From Escherichia phage vB_EcoM_JL1, in the sequence record OR791690.1: a stretch of 55,571 bases of DNA; one strand, 5' to 3'. The position numbers and the translations under genes are program-made. Within the stretch, counting starts at the first letter, position 1. Each line of letters starts with the position of its first letter. Below, piece by piece: positions 39,143 to 46,823 of this stretch. A model generated the notes under the pieces. The model saw nothing but the letters and a program-made list of their open reading frames with translations, searched no databases and was not told the origin of the DNA.

Positions 39143-39644
39143 GTTTCTCTCCAGTTAAAATTTAAGTAAGTGTCCTGACGTGAACTGTTACAAAACACTT
39201 ATTAAATTTGATTCGAACCGCCCAAGTGAATCAGCCTTGTTTATGGGGACCATCGGGGAAAAGTATAAACCCGCTTAATGCTCGCATCATGTTTGAACAT
39301 TAAGAACCCTCGACTTGCATATTTCATGTGTATAGGAACATAGTCTGGATTTTGAATCCAGCTAACTTCGGGATGAGGAGTAACCCAAACGAAAGCCTGA
39401 ACTTTCTTTCTGCACAACACAATCAGCGCAACTAAGCCGTATCGCTACGGTATGCCAGACGCTCGCATGAGCCTTTTGAACAGAGGCATAACTGTTGGAG
39501 GTAAAGTGGCGGATTCGGCGAACGTTAGTTCACAATTACACAGTCGGCCTCGGATGCTTCATCCCTATCCCATCGTGCAGGTTTCATTAACTCTACGAAT
39601 CCATTGAATTTGGTGGCCGATACGTTGGCCAGACGCTGTGATAT

Positions 39645-39845
39645 TTAACAAGGGTCGCTGTCAGGTTCTGTCAACTTCTTGCGAAGGAATGCATCCCCTG
39701 CGTTATACAGAAATGCGAAGTAAAGTTGCTTTGCCTTATGTCGGCTACAACCCAAGGCTACCTGAATTTCTTGATACTGATATGTACGCACCTCATTATT
39801 AATGATTGCGTTGCGAATGATTGCACGAATGCTGATTTTGTCCAT
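39645..39845 (-). CDS. Hypothetical protein
   Basis: 66 aa minus-strand ORF. Confidence 0.35.
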   Translation of the reverse strand: MDKISIRAIIRNAIINNEVRTYQYQEIQVALGCSRHKAKQLYFAFLYNAGDAFLRKKLTEPDSDPC

Positions 39846-40228
39846 AGAAGACTACCTTATACAGTTGAGGTTGCGGCCTTTACGCGGCCAACGTGCCATT
39901 AATGCTGGCAAGACAGAGCTAACGTTCTCAAGCACTTTTGTCTAGGTCTGTTCCCGGCCACTGTTCTAGGAAGTGACTACCTGAACTTTCTCGCGTTCAA
40001 TGCGAGGCAGCAATTTTAATTGTTATGCCCAGAGCAACTTGCAGGTTTGTTTGAGTTGGAGTCCTGCTTCCAAACGCATGGGCTTACACCATCATCGCAA
40101 CAAGTTGCTAGAGTCTCGTTATTTAAAGTCGCGCACTCCCTCGACTTTTGGGTAGTTATAGACGTCCGTCTTGGCTGTCGTCACCTTGGTCAGTCTTTTA
40201 CACCACCAACTAGCTAGGCCATGTTCAC

Positions 40229-40438
40229 TCACTGTCGGGTAAGTTTCGAACACTTTTGTGCCCACGTTTCATTGTGGACTAAAATCTGTGTTTTGGTTTC
40301 GCGTGATAAGATTTTCACTTCTGCAACATCCAAATAGATTGGTTGTGCAATTAAGCAGTAATCACTTACGAACCCACTTTGAGAGCAACTCACTATCGAC
40401 ATTGCTATCAGAACTGCTAGACACTTCTTTCTGAACAT
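40229..40438 (-). CDS. Lipoprotein, o-spanin-like, partly embedded in upstream gene
   Basis: MFRKKCLAVLIAMSIVSC lipobox; starts inside 40362..40598 in another frame; no clear RBS. Confidence 0.3.
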   Translation of the reverse strand: MFRKKCLAVLIAMSIVSCSQSGFVSDYCLIAQPIYLDVAEVKILSRETKTQILVHNETWAQKCSKLTRQ

Positions 40439-40598
40439 GCGTTTTAATCTCGATAGATTCTTTAATGGAGTCGAATTGCTTCTCTTTGGCTTCCTGACGC
40501 TCCTCGGCTTTGCCTGAGCTTTTGCCTTTGAGGAACACTGCAATAAGAATACCAAATGCAGTCAGGACGCCAAGAACTATTGATTTAAGCTGTTGCAT
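40362..40598 (-). CDS. Membrane protein, i-spanin-like
   Basis: N-terminal TM helix, charged periplasmic-type remainder; AGGTGA RBS. Confidence 0.4.
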   Translation of the reverse strand: MQQLKSIVLGVLTAFGILIAVFLKGKSSGKAEERQEAKEKQFDSIKESIEIKTHVQKEVSSSSDSNVDSELLSKWVRK

Positions 40599-40779
40599 AA
40601 ATCACCTTAGATGGCGCACGCACCACTTGAGCAGTCGTTATCGCCCTCACCAGGAACGATTGCTTCTTCGTCCTGCTTCTTCTTAAGTTCTTCAATTGCT
40701 TCTTCGGCAGCACCGAAGTCTAAATTATCAAGTGCATCAAAATCCATAAGGACTCCAGTATTGCGGTTATTAAAGTGGG

Positions 40780-40872
40780 TGGACGAGGTTGGATTCGAAC
40801 CAACGACACATCTGCCTAACAGATTGCTCTACCTGACTAAGCTCTGGAGCAGACCTTCTGAGCTACTCGTCC
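40780..40872 (-). tRNA. tRNA gene with ~20-nt insertion; anticodon probably UAG (Leu) by manual fold
   Basis: acceptor stem GGACGAG/CTCGTCC, T-arm GTTGG-TTCGAAT-CCAAC, D-arm GCTT-AGTCAGGTA-GAGC, anticodon loop GUUAGGC; extra TAGCTCAGAAGGTCTGCTCCAGA between acceptor strand and D-arm. Confidence 0.6.
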
Positions 40873-41860
40873 AAAGAATAAGAGGGTTTTGATAACGCAG
40901 GTTTTCCCGAACTGCGAGGCTTGTAGAATCCGTGAGCCGCCTACTGTGTTTTGACATAACGTGGGATTGATGGTCCCGACTCACTTCATCTCAGGTACGA
41001 GGCACTACTTTGCGAGTGCAAGCAGGTGTTGAACCCAAGTACCAACAGGCAACCTGATTTAATCTACCTTTGTAGATACCATCGGTTATGAGCAGTTTAT
41101 TTCCATACTCAGGGCAACTCACTTTAGGGTGAATTTAGGTTACGCAGTGCAGCTTCGAAGTCGCTGCCACAGGCTTGAGATTCCTGTGTGGAGGGAAATC
41201 CAGAGGAGCACTTCCCCAAGGAGTTACGTTTCATATTGGCATAGCTTCTCACACTAAGCCAATTGAAGACATTCCAGTGTGCTCGTCCGTCCTCTAGAAA
41301 TATCCAACTGCATAATTAAGTTTGTACTCTGTCACATCCCCACGCGCACTGAGGGACTTAAGCCTGCATTGCATCGCAGAATACAAATTAATTATTGCTC
41401 CGATTTATTAATCACATCTCGAAGCCACAATGCGCCAAATTTGGTTACGTGGGATTGGAAGACCACGGAGAGGACTTAAATTTAATTAAGCCGCAACTCG
41501 CATTTCAGAATCATTTGCATTTATTTTAAATGAATAAAACAGTCGCAATAACTCCAGGCAGTTTAGGCCCGTCGTAAGACTCAGAAAACTACTTCAATTT
41601 GTACACAACAAATTTCCCAACATTGCCTTCCGTCGAAGGCTCATGCACTGGTGTTTGAATTATGCACAAATTGAAATAACTTCAATGAACACTCTTGTCT
41701 GGGCCATGAGATTGGGCATCGGCCTACCTCCCAACTCTAATCACAAGAATGCTCATTGAAGCCCACTCTTCCTTTCAGAATGGGTTCAAGGCAGCACCGG
41801 AAATATTCCAGTGCATGCCAGATCGATTTAGCTTAGTCTCTCAAGTTTGCCATCGGCAAC

Positions 41861-42199
41861 TTAGAATACCGGAGCTTCTTCAACAGCAGCTTCGGCAGCT
41901 TCGGCAACACTTGCGTCAGCAACTTTAGCTTCTTTCGGAGTATCGAACTTAGTACGCTCAACTTCCGGCTCACCAGCTTCAACCCACGGCAGGTAGAATG
42001 CCAGGAACTGCTCGATGGTGTTCTTCTGCATGGAGCGAGAACGGTCGATAGCGCCAACGGTGTTCAGGTACGCTTCGGCAGCTTTCTCAATTTTAGCACC
42101 GTTTTCCAGTTTGAAGTCATGTGCATTACACTCTGCTTCGGTCAGGAACAGGGAACCATCGTTAGCTTCGTACTGAGTTACGGTTACAATCTTAGCCAT
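41861..42199 (-). CDS. Hypothetical protein
   Basis: 112 aa; downstream of promoter-like motif P5. Confidence 0.5.
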   Translation of the reverse strand: MAKIVTVTQYEANDGSLFLTEAECNAHDFKLENGAKIEKAAEAYLNTVGAIDRSRSMQKNTIEQFLAFYLPWVEAGEPEVERTKFDTPKEAKVADASVAEAAEAAVEEAPVF

Positions 42200-42272
42200 T
42201 TGTATATACCTTATATTGAATAGTTTTGCACGCCACGGTGACGCGACTTAGATAAAATTAAAGAGCCTTTCT

Positions 42273-42295
42273 CTTTCCACATCCAACTAATGTTT
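42273..42295 (-). promoter_or_regulatory. Phage-promoter-like conserved motif (copy P5)
   Basis: plus ctttccacatccaactaatgttt. Confidence 0.4.
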
Positions 42296-42322
42296 CAGAA
42301 CTGCTCTGATTCGACAAACGAC

Positions 42323-42997
42323 TCAATATCTATTGAATCGTTCTAGTGTTTTATTTACTAAATCCTTTGTCTCAGCGACAGTGAGTTCAGTGATGATTGA
42401 TTCGTCATAACCCTCAATCTGGATTGCTACAAAACGCCCAACTCCAGTTACAGTAAGTCGGTTTGTTCTGTCACGAACAACTACACCAGCTTCTTGCGCG
42501 ACTGCTCGCAGCAATTTCCAGCGTAAAGTTCGATTTGGCACAGCAAAGCCCTTTGCCGAGAACAACTCTTTCATGAGTTCTCCAAGACAAACAGCTTCAA
42601 TGTTTTGTCCTCTTCCAACTAATTCTTGCAACAGGCACAGTGTCAACATTTCTAAATTGTTGAAGTGCCCAGCGCGCTCCAAATTAAAGAACTCTGGAGG
42701 AACAGTTGAACGAGATTTAACAGCTTGCTTATATGCACGTTCTTCTTCCTGTGCAGCAAGCATCAGCATCTCTGGCTTAATGTACTTCATAGCAGAGAAG
42801 CCAGCGCGTGTGGCTTTAATTATGCGACAAGCCTCTTTCATCTTGTAGCGTTGCCACTCACCGCGCTTCGATTCTGGATTAAAATGGACCCACATAATGA
42901 TAACATCTTCCTTGGCAAGATAGACGGCATCATTATCATTGAGCCATTGCTTACACGTTGATAGTGCAATCTCTTTGTCATCATCATGATAAGACAT
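42323..42997 (-). CDS. Hypothetical protein
   Basis: ORF open to 43054; likely ATG at 42997 (MSYHDDD...). Confidence 0.45.
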   Translation of the reverse strand: MSYHDDDKEIALSTCKQWLNDNDAVYLAKEDVIIMWVHFNPESKRGEWQRYKMKEACRIIKATRAGFSAMKYIKPEMLMLAAQEEERAYKQAVKSRSTVPPEFFNLERAGHFNNLEMLTLCLLQELVGRGQNIEAVCLGELMKELFSAKGFAVPNRTLRWKLLRAVAQEAGVVVRDRTNRLTVTGVGRFVAIQIEGYDESIITELTVAETKDLVNKTLERFNRY

Positions 42998-42998
42998 T

Positions 42999-43325
42999 TT
43001 AGTGGCCTTGTAGGATACGTTTGTTCGCAGTTTCTGCGTCGATTCCCAAATCAACTAATGTCACCAAGCACTGCGAAATCCGCTCTTGCGCAGCTTTCTC
43101 CAGAATTTGGTATTTTTCGTTGTCAACGCCTAACACATTCTTGGCATGAATGAGTGTAGCCATCAGACCGTGCCCCAAAGCAACAGCTTGCATTGCCTGG
43201 AGTTCAAAGTTAATTGTGATGCCAGCGAGTTCGTGCTCTTTCTGGATAATCTCAATCAACTCTTCTTTAGATTTGTCCTGTAAGTTCAAAATGGAACTCC
43301 GTAAATCGGTTGGTTTGTTGTCCAA
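42999..43325 (-). CDS. Hypothetical protein
   Basis: 108 aa. Confidence 0.45.
   Translation of the reverse strand: MDNKPTDLRSSILNLQDKSKEELIEIIQKEHELAGITINFELQAMQAVALGHGLMATLIHAKNVLGVDNEKYQILEKAAQERISQCLVTLVDLGIDAETANKRILQGH
43045..43062 (-). promoter_or_regulatory. Phage-promoter-like motif (copy P6, inside upstream ORF)
   Basis: plus cccaaatcaactaatgtc. Confidence 0.3.
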
Positions 43326-43606
43326 TTGCGAGTTGCGATTTGCATGGACTTGTTTGGGCCGCAGTAGAAATATTTCTTAACTTCGGCAAGGGTGTAGTTG
43401 GCACTGCTTTCAAGCAACTCCTTAAAGGTGTGCTTCCAGAATCCATCTTTCTCCGACAAACTTACGTGGAAAGAATTGGTGCCGTTATAGTACCAACGCC
43501 CACCAACGAGAACGAAGTGGATTGTTTCTTCCTCTCCTTCCCCACTCGACGGAAACATTAGTACATTTCTCAACGTCAAAACTTTAGCAGAATGCTTGCG
43601 AATCAT
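43286..43606 (-). CDS. Hypothetical protein
   Basis: 106 aa; GGAGAG RBS. Confidence 0.45.
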   Translation of the reverse strand: MIRKHSAKVLTLRNVLMFPSSGEGEEETIHFVLVGGRWYYNGTNSFHVSLSEKDGFWKHTFKELLESSANYTLAEVKKYFYCGPNKSMQIATRNWTTNQPIYGVPF

Positions 43607-44157
43607 AGGAACTCTCCAATTTTCGATTCAGTGTTTGTGACTTCTCTTCTCATCTTTTGGCCCAGGAACAGGCCACAGGGTAGCGCAGGAAGGCCGAAAA
43701 TCGGGCCACTGCCTACCGTTTGTGTCAATTCTGGATAACTGCATTGGCGAAGGGTTACTCCCGTTAGGGTGCGATACGCTAATCACATGAGTGTCGTCGC
43801 CTTGCGGCTCAGGCGTGTCACAGAGGCTTTGCAACCCTTCCCAATACATTCACCCAATCCACCCGCTTTGGCATAGCTGGTGGCGCGGTTTTGTGCGGAT
43901 TATGCCACTCTAAGCCCTGTTTGTCCGACTTCCTCAGAGCACCAGCAGCTTGTGGCACAAACCTATTTTCGAATGACTAACATAAGCATGAGGCATAACC
44001 CTCTAATTATTCAGCCCTAACAGCTTGCTTATTTAGTTCCAATTCATCCCAATACATCGCCTATAACAAGTGAATAGCTTTCTGTGGATAAGTATTCCGG
44101 CCCTTTGGCCTATGTTAAAAGATAAATGTATATGATGGAAACATTCCATCGAAAAGA

Positions 44158-44222
44158 ACTTTGTAGAACGAATCGAACGTTCTCACACGTCTTGGTACCA
44201 GACGGACTACCTAGTTACAAAG
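44158..44222 (-). ncRNA. tRNA-like minihelix (D-arm-less)
   Basis: acceptor CTTTGTA/TACAAAG, T-arm GAACG-TTCGATT-CGTTC, one internal hairpin; 65 nt; 20 nt downstream of motif P7. Confidence 0.3.
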
Positions 44223-44241
44223 CTCTTATCTGATGTTGTTT

Positions 44242-44260
44242 CTTCAATTCCAACTAATGT
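44242..44260 (-). promoter_or_regulatory. Phage-promoter-like conserved motif (copy P7)
   Basis: plus cttcaattccaactaatgt. Confidence 0.4.
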
Positions 44261-44271
44261 AATTTTGTGCT

Positions 44272-44362
44272 GTACTCTCTTCCCAAGTTGTCCAGACTTG
44301 GTTGTTTGAGGCTGCGCTTATTGCAGTGGACTTCCTCTACAATTGCTAGTGGAAAAGAGTAC
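44272..44362 (-). ncRNA. Candidate structured small RNA between motifs P8 and P7
   Basis: 12-bp inverted repeat arms (gtactctcttcc / ggaaaagagtac) enclosing ~67 nt with an internal hairpin; no ORF. Confidence 0.25.
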
Positions 44363-44379
44363 AGACAGAATTACACTAA

Positions 44380-44399
44380 TTCAATTCCAATTAATGTTT
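44380..44399 (-). promoter_or_regulatory. Phage-promoter-like conserved motif (copy P8)
   Basis: plus ttcaattccaattaatgttt. Confidence 0.35.
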
Positions 44400-44465
44400 C
44401 AGAATTATTCCAATATTCCAAACAAAAAGAATAATAAGAATAAATTAAATAAATGAAGAAAGTGC

Positions 44466-44495
44466 TTGACACCCATTTGGCGATAAGTGTATAAT
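44466..44495 (+). promoter_or_regulatory. Near-consensus sigma70 promoter on the non-coding strand
   Basis: TTGACA (44466..44471), 18-nt spacer, TATAAT (44490..44495), TG immediately upstream of the -10. Confidence 0.5.
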
Positions 44496-44520
44496 GCCTT
44501 TCTTCCCTAAGTGGTCAGAA

Positions 44521-44539
44521 TCAAATCCCACTAATGTTT
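44521..44539 (-). promoter_or_regulatory. Phage-promoter-like conserved motif (copy P9)
   Basis: plus tcaaatcccactaatgttt. Confidence 0.4.
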
Positions 44540-44606
44540 CAGACTAAAGCCGAAGGCCAATGCGAGCACAAAACCCGCTTGGCACTTCGAAGAAACCCGC
44601 CTGGAA

Positions 44607-44846
44607 CTATAGTGTTTTCCAGTCCGAGTCAAATAGCTCTTTCGGTCGTGTGTAGATAGTAGAAGAATCAATACTTAAGAAAGTATGGTCCCCGTACTTC
44701 TTCACTTCTTGGTAAGCAAACCCATCTACCCAACTTCCGCAGTGAGTTTTAATCTTTGTAGGCCCAAGAATACGATAGAAAGTGTTTCGAGGCTGGTGGT
44801 GAACAATCAATCCAGCCTCAAGTTCAGCAATATTTAAATCACGCAT
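44607..44846 (-). CDS. Hypothetical protein
   Basis: 79 aa. Confidence 0.45.
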   Translation of the reverse strand: MRDLNIAELEAGLIVHHQPRNTFYRILGPTKIKTHCGSWVDGFAYQEVKKYGDHTFLSIDSSTIYTRPKELFDSDWKTL

Positions 44847-45396
44847 TTAAGAATAATATTCCCTCAGAGAAAATGTAGTCACTTCCATAATCTCTGGTGA
44901 TTGCATCCCAATCAATATATGGTGCAAGTCGGTCTGGAATATCCAGTGCCTCACTTTGCTTCAAATATTCTGTAATTGAGTCGCAACGTGTAATGAACAT
45001 ATCGTTCAAATCATCCACAGTGAAAATATCAATCTCACCACTGCGGAATGCTGCAAGAATTACATCCAAATCGGTGTCAACAAGCAGCTCATTGAACTTA
45101 TCATATTTACGAATGCTGAATAGCCCATTGGCAAAGCAAACTTCGGTAACATCTTCTTCATTTGACTCAATTACGTCGTATGTACCGGTTTCTGGATATT
45201 CAATGCCATATTCTTCATGCAAATAATCTCGCATGTTGAAATCATAGTGACGCCAAGACAGGCCATCAATCCACGCATCTACAAATTCAGAATTAGTTTC
45301 GCCTGTGTAGAAACGAACCAATAAGGTTTCATCTCTACGCCAGGACTTAAGCTGTTCTACTGCTTGAGTAATTTGGTTTTCCATCGGATTCTCCAT
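44839..45396 (-). CDS. ArdA-like acidic protein (candidate anti-restriction DNA mimic)
   Basis: 185 aa, strongly acidic; C-terminal YIDWDAITRDYGSDYIFSEGILF resembles ArdA as I recall it. Confidence 0.45.
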   Translation of the reverse strand: MENPMENQITQAVEQLKSWRRDETLLVRFYTGETNSEFVDAWIDGLSWRHYDFNMRDYLHEEYGIEYPETGTYDVIESNEEDVTEVCFANGLFSIRKYDKFNELLVDTDLDVILAAFRSGEIDIFTVDDLNDMFITRCDSITEYLKQSEALDIPDRLAPYIDWDAITRDYGSDYIFSEGILFLNA

Positions 45397-45404
45397 TGAT
45401 GAAG

Positions 45405-45803
45405 TTATGCTGGAAGTTCGAAGTGCGGTGCATCAAGGAACTTAGCCCATTTCACTGGCTTAGTGAAGGTCCGTTCCCATGTTCCACCCCAGCGAATGAC
45501 AACTCCAAGCTCTTCTGCGGCTTTGAACATGTGTTCAGCCACAATTTGGAATCGTTCGAGGTCATTCCAGTCAATCGGATATGGTGCAATGTCTAAAGCA
45601 TTGCCTGACATGTGTCGGCTAACTGAAACTTTGGTTGCACCTTGCTTTAAAAGCTCTTGTTGACGCTCATGAGTGCGCAATCCTTCAAGAACAGTTACGT
45701 CAAACGGCATTGTTTCACATGCACGCTTGAAAACTGCCACCAATGAAGGATTTACGCCTTTGAGTCGGTCAATGGAGCGTTGGCCCAGCTTAACGTTAGA
45801 CAT
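45405..45803 (-). CDS. Peptidase M15-type (L-alanyl-D-glutamate peptidase / VanY-like) peptidoglycan hydrolase
   Basis: SRHMSGNALDIAP zinc-binding motif; 132 aa. Confidence 0.6.
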   Translation of the reverse strand: MSNVKLGQRSIDRLKGVNPSLVAVFKRACETMPFDVTVLEGLRTHERQQELLKQGATKVSVSRHMSGNALDIAPYPIDWNDLERFQIVAEHMFKAAEELGVVIRWGGTWERTFTKPVKWAKFLDAPHFELPA

Positions 45804-46065
45804 TTTTCAACTCCTGGTCCAGAGTTTCTTGCAATGTTACAAGCAAGTTCTCAAGTGTTTCTACACGCTTTTCCAGTTCAGTAAGGCGTTCTTCCTGAAT
45901 CTCGATAAATTGCGCACGATTCATTGAAAACCAGATATTATCTGTAAATAACTGGATTTCTTCGGACGTTGAGCCTTGCCCTTTCAGTTTTGCAACGCGT
46001 TCTGATTGATTTGCAGACTCTCGTTTTGCTGCCTTAAGTTGGTCAGCCAGTTCTTCAACTTTCAC
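45796..46065 (-). CDS. Hypothetical coiled-coil protein
   Basis: 89 aa. Confidence 0.45.
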   Translation of the reverse strand: MKVEELADQLKAAKRESANQSERVAKLKGQGSTSEEIQLFTDNIWFSMNRAQFIEIQEERLTELEKRVETLENLLVTLQETLDQELKNV

Positions 46066-46288
46066 GGAATGGATTTCCTGTTGGGTTGATGGTTAATTTA
46101 AAAGATACAAGCTCCCGATTGATTTCGGTTGTCCCTTCTACTGTGGCTGTAGTCAGAATAGCTGCATCTTTCCCTACTCGTTCCAAGAATTTAACTACTC
46201 GGTCACGAATTACTGACCAGTGACGATATTCGCAACTGGATTCAAGTAAGTACGGTACTCCATCAATGGTAAATTCGGATGACGTCAT
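46055..46288 (-). CDS. Hypothetical protein
   Basis: 77 aa. Confidence 0.45.
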   Translation of the reverse strand: MTSSEFTIDGVPYLLESSCEYRHWSVIRDRVVKFLERVGKDAAILTTATVEGTTEINRELVSFKLTINPTGNPFRES

Positions 46289-46635
46289 TTGACTTCCTTA
46301 CAATATGTTGATAACAGTGGGAATTTGGCATGAAAGAAGTCAATGTCACGATAAATCTGTAGCACTAAACGTTCCTCAGCGTCAACACCAACTAAAGCCA
46401 GCTTACTGCTCTGTGTGTTATAGAACACTGTGGACATTGGGTTAGGATTTCCGTTATCTGGAATCTCAATCCAAGTACCTTCGTGCAAAGAAATTGTTGC
46501 AATGAGTGGCTGGCTCATTGTAATTGTTTCAACGGACATTTTGTATCCGCCACACTGGAAGTTTCGAACAGACGCTTCCGATTTAAATGCGAATACTCCG
46601 AACAGGATTGTTAGTGCAATGTATAAAGTTTTCAC
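46285..46635 (-). CDS. Secreted protein with signal peptide
   Basis: N-terminal MKTLYIALTILFGVFAFKSEA. Confidence 0.5.
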   Translation of the reverse strand: MKTLYIALTILFGVFAFKSEASVRNFQCGGYKMSVETITMSQPLIATISLHEGTWIEIPDNGNPNPMSTVFYNTQSSKLALVGVDAEERLVLQIYRDIDFFHAKFPLLSTYCKEVK

Positions 46636-46823
46636 GGAATTAGTGCCTCTGGACTATTTTAGATACAGTGTGTAACTTACCCTTATAAAGAATTGCACAC
46701 CCAACCATAATAAATTGTGTATTAAGTGTTGAAATTGGTTCATCAACACCTTCAAGATAAATATCCCACATAAATCCTCCAATAATTAATCGAGGCCACT
46801 CGAAGTGGAATGACCTCTGTTAA

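Noticed and set aside
39195-39230. T-loop-like GGTTCGAATC on the minus strand near 39211
   Set aside because: Flanking sequence cannot form a T-stem or acceptor stem; not a tRNA
43628-43849. 73-aa Pro-rich ORF in the ORF-poor segment
   Set aside because: No convincing RBS and atypical composition; kept only as a low-probability alternative in the finding for 43607..44157
44405-44476. 23-codon hydrophobic minus-strand ORF (MGVKHFLHLFNLFLLFFLFGILE) under the plus-strand sigma70 promoter, considered as a type I toxin-like peptide
   Set aside because: Lies in a very AT-rich tract where Phe/Leu-rich ORFs arise by chance; no adjacent Shine-Dalgarno site
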